From assembly GCA_041497895.1 (NCBI GenBank), contig JBGQHJ010000135.1:1-13031 (forward strand): 13,031 bases of DNA. Reading direction: 5' to 3'. The notes beneath the pieces are model-generated. The model did not search any database. It was not told the DNA's origin and worked only from the letters and a program-made list of their open reading frames with translations. Every line of letters begins with the position of its first letter. Within the stretch, counting starts at the first letter, position 1. The DNA is from Candidatus Methylomirabilia bacterium. GTDB taxonomy: Bacteria > Methylomirabilota > Methylomirabilia > Rokubacteriales > CSP1-6. Of the stretch, positions 8,861 to 13,031 are shown piece by piece. The translations under genes and the position numbers were made by a program.

Positions 8861-9505
8861 CTACTTGCCGCGGGTCTGCAGCTCGGCGATCTTGGCCCGG
8901 ATGTCGGGCGCCCGCCGGGTCTCGGGCACGTCCTTGAGCAGGCGCTCGTACGTCGCGAGCGCGTCGACCGGCTTGCCGGCCAGGGCCTGGGCGCGCGCGA
9001 GATCCAGCAGTGCGTCCTCGAAGAAGAACTGCTTGGGCGGCACCGCGCGCGCGACCGCCTCGTAGGCGGTCACCGCGTTGGTGTAGTTCTTCTGCGCCTC
9101 CCACGTGTACACGACGCCCGAGGCGGCCAGCGTCCGCAGGCTCCCGGCCGCGCCCTTGGCGAGCGCGATCTCGTAGGCCCCGCGCGCCGCCGCGTAGTCG
9201 CCGGCCTGATACTGGAGATTGCCGAGCTCGTAGGCGGCCTGCACCGCCGCGGACGAGCGGCCGTGCTGGGCCAGGACGGCCTGCAGCGAGGCGATCGCCT
9301 GGGCGCGCACATCCGGAGTCGCCTGGGGGCCGTCGGCCTGCTGCACGAGGTCCGCGGAGGCGGCCAGGGCCGCCTGGCCGCGCGAGTCCTCGGCGCGCAG
9401 CCAGAGCCACGTGGCCACGCCCAGCACCGCCACCACCAGGACCGCCCCGCCGATCTTGAGGCCGAGCCGGGCCCCGCGCGAGGCCAGCAGCTCGCCCAGG
9501 TTCAC
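8861..9505 (-). CDS. Membrane-anchored tetratricopeptide-repeat protein (YfgM/CpoB-like)
   Basis: N-terminal TM (IGGAVLVVAVLGVATWLWL) and TPR-like helices (AAYELGNLQYQAGDYAAARGAYE; ALLDLARAQALAGKPVDALATYERLLKDVP). GTG overlaps the bactofilin stop. Confidence 0.8.
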   Translation of the reverse strand: MNLGELLASRGARLGLKIGGAVLVVAVLGVATWLWLRAEDSRGQAALAASADLVQQADGPQATPDVRAQAIASLQAVLAQHGRSSAAVQAAYELGNLQYQAGDYAAARGAYEIALAKGAAGSLRTLAASGVVYTWEAQKNYTNAVTAYEAVARAVPPKQFFFEDALLDLARAQALAGKPVDALATYERLLKDVPETRRAPDIRAKIAELQTRGK

Positions 9506-9948
9506 GAGCGGCGCTCCGGCGGCCGACCGTCCGTCGGCCGCTCGATCCAGATCTCGCCCTTGACCGCGGCCCCGTCGGCGGCCGAGAAGCTGCCGGTGCG
9601 CAGCGTGCCGGTCAGCACCCCGGTGGGCAGGATCTCCACCCGCGTGGTGGCCGAGAGGTTGCCGCGCACGGTGCCGCCGACCACGATCGCGCGGGCATTG
9701 ATGTTGGCGTCCACCTCGGCGCCTTCGCCCACGAGCACCCGACCGGTCACGTTGATCTCTCCCTCGAAGCGTCCCGCGATGTGAAAGTCGCCGTCGCCGC
9801 CGAGCTCGCCCCGGAAGACCAGGCCCGCCCCCAGGGCGCCCGGCTCCGGCCGCGTCCCGCGCGGCGCGGCCATGTCGGCGGCCAGCGAGTCGGGCTCGGC
9901 GGCTCCACCCAGGCCCAGGTAGCGGAGCGTGCGGTCGAGCGCGCCCAC
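9502..9948 (-). CDS. Bactofilin (polymer-forming cytoskeletal protein, CcmA family), 148 aa
   Basis: Beta-helix repeats LGAGLVFRGELGGDGDFHIAGRFEGEINVTGRVLVGEGAEVDANINARAIVVGGTVRGNLSATTRVEILPTGVLTGTL...GAAVKGEI. Start assigned to GTG 9948 after GGAG; the 308-aa track ORF is over-extended. Confidence 0.9.
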   Translation of the reverse strand: MGALDRTLRYLGLGGAAEPDSLAADMAAPRGTRPEPGALGAGLVFRGELGGDGDFHIAGRFEGEINVTGRVLVGEGAEVDANINARAIVVGGTVRGNLSATTRVEILPTGVLTGTLRTGSFSAADGAAVKGEIWIERPTDGRPPERRS

Positions 9949-9959
9949 GCGCTCCGTTC

Positions 9960-10208
9960 CTACGCGCTCGGGCTCGGCGGCTGCTCGAGCCCGCGCGCGC
10001 CCGCCAGCCGCCGCAGGCCGAGACCGGACCAGATCAGCAGGAGGCAGGAGCCGACGAGGAGCAGGCTGGCCGCCCGCGGCGGCGGCACCACCGGCTGCTC
10101 GACGAGACCCAGCGTGACCTCGATCGGGACACCCACGCAGCCCAGCAGCGCGAGCAGGCCGACGCCCGCGCGAATCCAGCCGGTCGTCGGGCGCGAGGGC
10201 TGCGGCAT
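9960..10208 (-). CDS. Small two-TM membrane protein, 82 aa (MPQPSRPTTGWIRAGVGLLALLG...)
   Basis: Two hydrophobic stretches. It ends 11 bp before the bactofilin start, and its ATG lies 7 nt after a -10 box. Confidence 0.6.
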   Translation of the reverse strand: MPQPSRPTTGWIRAGVGLLALLGCVGVPIEVTLGLVEQPVVPPPRAASLLLVGSCLLLIWSGLGLRRLAGARGLEQPPSPSA

Positions 10209-10215
10209 GCCGCGT

Positions 10216-10244
10216 AGTGTAGCCACCGAGATACGGGAAGGCAA
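10216..10244 (-). promoter_or_regulatory. Sigma70-type promoter for the membrane protein-bactofilin-TPR operon (probably leaderless)
   Basis: Minus strand TTGCCT (10244-10239), 17 bp, TACACT (10221-10216), 7 nt, ATG (10208). Confidence 0.65.
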
Positions 10245-10254
10245 CCCCGGCGCC

Positions 10255-10283
10255 TTGACGGCGGCGGCGTCCGAGCATAGGCT
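10255..10283 (+). promoter_or_regulatory. Divergent sigma70-type promoter
   Basis: TTGACG (10255-10260), 17 bp, TAGGCT (10278-10283), 10 nt, ATG (10294). Confidence 0.65.
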
Positions 10284-10293
10284 TCCCGGGCAT

Positions 10294-10434
10294 ATGTCGG
10301 AGAGTCGGCCACCGTCGCGGCTGCTTCGCCTGGTCATCTGGCTGGCGACGCTGTTCTTCGTCGCGATGCTCTTCGTGCCGCTCGTCCGCGAGGCGCTGCG
10401 CCGCGCGGCGCTGGTCCCGCTCGGCCACTTCTGA
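10294..10434 (+). CDS. Small single-TM protein, 46 aa (MSESRPPSRLLRLVIWLATLFFVAMLFVPLVREALRRAALVPLGHF)
   Basis: One strongly hydrophobic helix flanked by Arg, with its own promoter directly upstream. Confidence 0.6.
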   Translation: MSESRPPSRLLRLVIWLATLFFVAMLFVPLVREALRRAALVPLGHF

Positions 10435-10444
10435 GGGGAAGCCC

Positions 10445-10651
10445 CTACCCGGTCGGCTCGTCGGGCACGCGGCCCTTCGGCCCGGACTCCGGCCCGTCGC
10501 GGCGACGCGTCAGCTCGAAGGCCATCAGCCCGACCGTGAGCGTGAGGATGATCCAGCCCGCGGTGTCGAGGTTGACGATCAGCCAGCCGATCAGACTGAG
10601 CGCGGCGAGGAGCCACACGAGGGCGATCGAGCGTGAGCTGGGCCATTTCAT
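10445..10651 (-). CDS. Small two-TM membrane protein, 68 aa (MKWPSSRSIALVWLLAALSLIGWLIVNLDTAGWIILTLTVGLMAFEL...)
   Basis: Helical hairpin of two TMs with a basic tail. ATG 10651 lies 7 nt after a -10-like box. Confidence 0.7.
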   Translation of the reverse strand: MKWPSSRSIALVWLLAALSLIGWLIVNLDTAGWIILTLTVGLMAFELTRRRDGPESGPKGRVPDEPTG

Positions 10652-10658
10652 CGGTCCT

Positions 10659-10687
10659 ATTGTCGGGGCGGGCGACGCCGAAGTCAA
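10659..10687 (-). promoter_or_regulatory. Sigma70-type promoter (probably leaderless)
   Basis: Minus strand TTGACT (10687-10682), 17 bp, GACAAT (10664-10659), 7 nt, ATG. Confidence 0.55.
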
Positions 10688-10699
10688 ACCGGCGCGCCC

Positions 10700-11539
10700 T
10701 CAGAGGCGACGGAGGAAGCTCTCGGGATCGTCGAGGAACGCGCGCGTGATGCGCACGTGCTCGACGAGGCCGTACTCGATCGGCGTGATCGCGTCGGCCT
10801 CGAGCAGCAGGATCTGGGCGCCGGGCAGCGCCATGAGAATCGGCGAGTGCGTGGCGATGACGAACTGGCAATCCTGCGCGGTCCGGTCCTTCAGGATCGC
10901 GAGCAGGGCCAGCACGCGGGTCGGCGAGAGCGGCGTCTCCGGCTCGTCGAGGAAGTAGAGGCCGCGCGGCTGCAGCCGCTGCTGGAGCAGGTGCAGGAAG
11001 GTCTCCCCGTGCGAGCGCGCGTCGGGATCCGCCCCGTAACGGCGGGTGAGGGCCGCGCGCTCCTTGGCCGCCGTCCCGGTGGCGAGCCGCTGTCCCCACG
11101 AGCCCTCGCGCAGGGTGCCCCGGAGCTCGGCCTCCACCGCGCTCAGGTCCTCGATGTCGCGGCGCACCCGGAGGGTGAAGCCGAAGACGTCCTCGGCGCG
11201 CAGGAAGAGAGTGGTGCGCGGGTGCCGGGCTCGCTGGAAGCGGAAGGCGCGCGCGAAGGTGCGCGCCGCGGCGAGGGTGGGGTCGCGCTCGAGGTCGCGG
11301 CCACCCGCCGCGACCGCCCCTACCCCGGCCGCGAGCCCCTCGAGCAGCGTGGACTTGCCGCAGCCGTTCTCCCCCACCAGGAAGGTGACCCGCGCCCGGA
11401 AGTCGAGCCGGTCGAGGGCGCGAAACAGCGGCAGGGTCAGCGGAAACCGATCGGGCTCCCGCCCGGCCGCGGCGCGGCGGATCCCGGTGAGGAAGATCCC
11501 CGACGCCGCCCCCGCCCGGCGGGAGCCCGCGCGCTTCAC
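10700..11539 (-). CDS. Stand-alone ABC-type/AAA_21 ATPase (COG3910-like)
   Basis: Walker A GENGCGKST, FLRAED, degenerate signature RSHGETF, Walker B GLYFLDEPE, H-loop IATHSPIL. Exact start is uncertain. Confidence 0.85.
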   Translation of the reverse strand: MKRAGSRRAGAASGIFLTGIRRAAAGREPDRFPLTLPLFRALDRLDFRARVTFLVGENGCGKSTLLEGLAAGVGAVAAGGRDLERDPTLAAARTFARAFRFQRARHPRTTLFLRAEDVFGFTLRVRRDIEDLSAVEAELRGTLREGSWGQRLATGTAAKERAALTRRYGADPDARSHGETFLHLLQQRLQPRGLYFLDEPETPLSPTRVLALLAILKDRTAQDCQFVIATHSPILMALPGAQILLLEADAITPIEYGLVEHVRITRAFLDDPESFLRRL

Positions 11540-11555
11540 GCGGCTGGCGGCCCGG

Positions 11556-12530
11556 CTACGGCCGCAGCTCCGGGATCACCCAGAGCGGCCGCTCGCCGCG
11601 CTCGACCCGCTGCACGTTGTCGAAGGCGTTGCGGAAGGCCTTGAACCAGTTGTCCCAGGTGGGGCCCGCGGTGTGCGGGGTGAAGGTCACGTTCTCGAGC
11701 GCGAACAGTGGGTGGTTCGCGATCGGCGGCTCCTGGACCATGACGTCGAGGCCCGCCGCCGCGATGCCCTTGGTGGTGAGCGCGGTGTGCAGCGCGTTCT
11801 CGTCCACCACCGGGCCCCGGCAGGTGTTGATGAGGACCGCGGAGGGGCGCATCATGCCCAGCTCGCGCGCCCCGAACATGTTGCGGGTGACCGCGTTGAG
11901 CGGCACGTGGAGCGAGACGATGTCCGCGGTGCGCAGCAGCTCCGGCAGGAGCACGAAGTGGACGCCGAGGGCGTCCTCCGCGTCCTCGGCGAGCCGCGCG
12001 ATGTCGTAGTAGACGATCTTCATGTCGAAGGCGGCGGCCCGGCGCGCGACCTTCTTGCCGATGGTGCCGAGCCCGATGATGCCGAGGGTCTTGCCCTCGA
12101 GCTCGTAGGTCCGGTTCGAGGCGAAGTCCCCCACCCGCCACTTGCCGGTGATCACGTTGCCGTGGTGCCAGGAGAGCTTGCGGTAGACCGCGAGCATCAG
12201 CATCAGGGTGTGCTCGGCCACCGCCACCGAGTTGGAGCCACCGTTGTTGGCCACCGGCACGCCCGCGCGCTTGGCCGCCGCCACGTCGAGGCGGTCGTAG
12301 CCCGCGCTGATGAGCTGCACCAGCTTGAGGCCCGAGGCCGCCTTGAAGAACTCGCGGTTCAGCTCGGGGCGCGGGAAGCCCACGTAGTACGCGGCGTCCG
12401 CGAGCGCGGCGGTGAACTCGGGGGTGCCCGCGTCCACCACGACGATCTCGAAGCCGGCGGGCACGAAGCTCCGCGCGATGTCGAGCATCGCGGCGGGGAA
12501 CTTGGGAGACACGACGATCTTGGTGGCCAC
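11556..12530 (-). CDS. D-isomer-specific 2-hydroxyacid dehydrogenase (NAD-dependent), 324 aa
   Basis: GTG 12530 after SD AAGGAGG. AGYDRLD, AVAEHT, Rossmann GLGTIG with acidic YYD, and catalytic R (INTCRG), E (DVMVQEP) and H (TPHTAG). Confidence 0.93.
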   Translation of the reverse strand: MATKIVVSPKFPAAMLDIARSFVPAGFEIVVVDAGTPEFTAALADAAYYVGFPRPELNREFFKAASGLKLVQLISAGYDRLDVAAAKRAGVPVANNGGSNSVAVAEHTLMLMLAVYRKLSWHHGNVITGKWRVGDFASNRTYELEGKTLGIIGLGTIGKKVARRAAAFDMKIVYYDIARLAEDAEDALGVHFVLLPELLRTADIVSLHVPLNAVTRNMFGARELGMMRPSAVLINTCRGPVVDENALHTALTTKGIAAAGLDVMVQEPPIANHPLFALENVTFTPHTAGPTWDNWFKAFRNAFDNVQRVERGERPLWVIPELRP

Positions 12531-12576
12531 GGGAGCCTCCTTTGGCTGCGGGGTGTGGGGCGGCGTCACGCGCGCC

Positions 12577-12582
12577 AGTATA
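12577..12582 (-). promoter_or_regulatory. -10 box (TATACT) for the dehydrogenase-ATPase unit
   Basis: Near-consensus TATACT on the minus strand 46 nt upstream of the GTG. No recognisable -35; that region is occupied by a GC palindrome. Confidence 0.5.
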
Positions 12583-12588
12583 CGGCTT

Positions 12589-12609
12589 CGCCCCGCGCCG
12601 CGCGGGGCG
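12589..12609. repeat. Perfect 9-bp inverted repeat
   Basis: CGCCCCGCG-CCG-CGCGGGGCG. Confidence 0.6.
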
Positions 12610-12787
12610 GGCGTGCGGCCGGCATTCCTTGCGCGGGGGCGGTGGCCCCAGGCTGGGTACTCGCCTGCCCAGCCTCGCACCGCAGCTTCTCTGTCCCCTG
12701 AGCCAGTCGACATCAAGTATTGGAAAGACTGCATGTTTTCAGATGGTCCGGAGCTTGCTCTCACGAGTGCCCACCAAGGGGGATTGC

Positions 12788-13018
12788 ATGAAGCGATTCG
12801 TGCTCGCGCTGGGCTGGGTGCTCTGGGCACACGAGATGGCGGCGGTGGGCGAGAAGATGGTCGACCGGGGCTACACCGCGGTCGACTCGTTCGAGACCCG
12901 GCAGCAGTGCCACGCCGCGCTCTCGGACTACTCGTCGCTCAAGCTGGTGCGGCAGGGCAAGGTGAAGATCGAGTTCACCTGCCTGCCCGAGCGACCTCCC
13001 GGTAAATCAATCGGTTAG
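12788..13018 (+). CDS. Small, probably exported protein with WVLW...C...CLP pattern, 76 aa
   Basis: ATG 12788 after AAGGGGG. Sequence MKRFVLALGWVLW...DSFETRQQC...EFTCLPE, with TAG at 13016-13018. Confidence 0.7.
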   Translation: MKRFVLALGWVLWAHEMAAVGEKMVDRGYTAVDSFETRQQCHAALSDYSSLKLVRQGKVKIEFTCLPERPPGKSIG

Positions 13019-13031
13019 GCCGTACCAAACC

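Noticed and set aside
9949..10428. 308-aa bactofilin with a long N-terminal extension
   Set aside because: The extension is low-complexity and overlaps two better small ORFs and two promoters. GTG 9948 has an SD.
12721..12733. Sigma54 promoter (TGG...TGC)
   Set aside because: GG-to-GC spacing is 7 nt rather than the required 10.

Overview
High-GC bacterial chromosomal segment. The lineage cannot be proven from the sequence, though gene content and a WVLW...CLP mini-protein recall Methylomirabilota/Rokubacteria. The left part (1-8444) is all on the + strand: the 3' part of accA, a clear sigma70 promoter, then a tightly packed run of miaB, a DUF151 bifunctional nuclease, a GT4 glycosyltransferase, an 89-aa hypothetical, a PaaK-type aryl-CoA ligase, a lone PaaA/BoxB-type diiron protein, a small secretin-like exported protein, an internally deleted PaaI thioesterase and a BtrH/C39-fold protein. 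A 28-bp XerC/XerD dif-type site lies at 8803-8830 (minus strand GAGTCCGATAA-GAGACA-TTATGTCAAGT), and gene orientation largely converges on it, so the window probably contains the replication terminus. The start codon of a DUF1330-like gene lies inside its XerD arm. The right part is mostly minus strand: an operon of a small membrane protein, bactofilin and a membrane-anchored TPR protein; two more small membrane proteins with their own promoters; a COG3910-like ABC-type ATPase; a D-2-hydroxyacid dehydrogenase; and a small exported two-Cys protein. No rRNA, tRNA, CRISPR or transposase was seen. Family assignments come from motif recognition only, with no database search.
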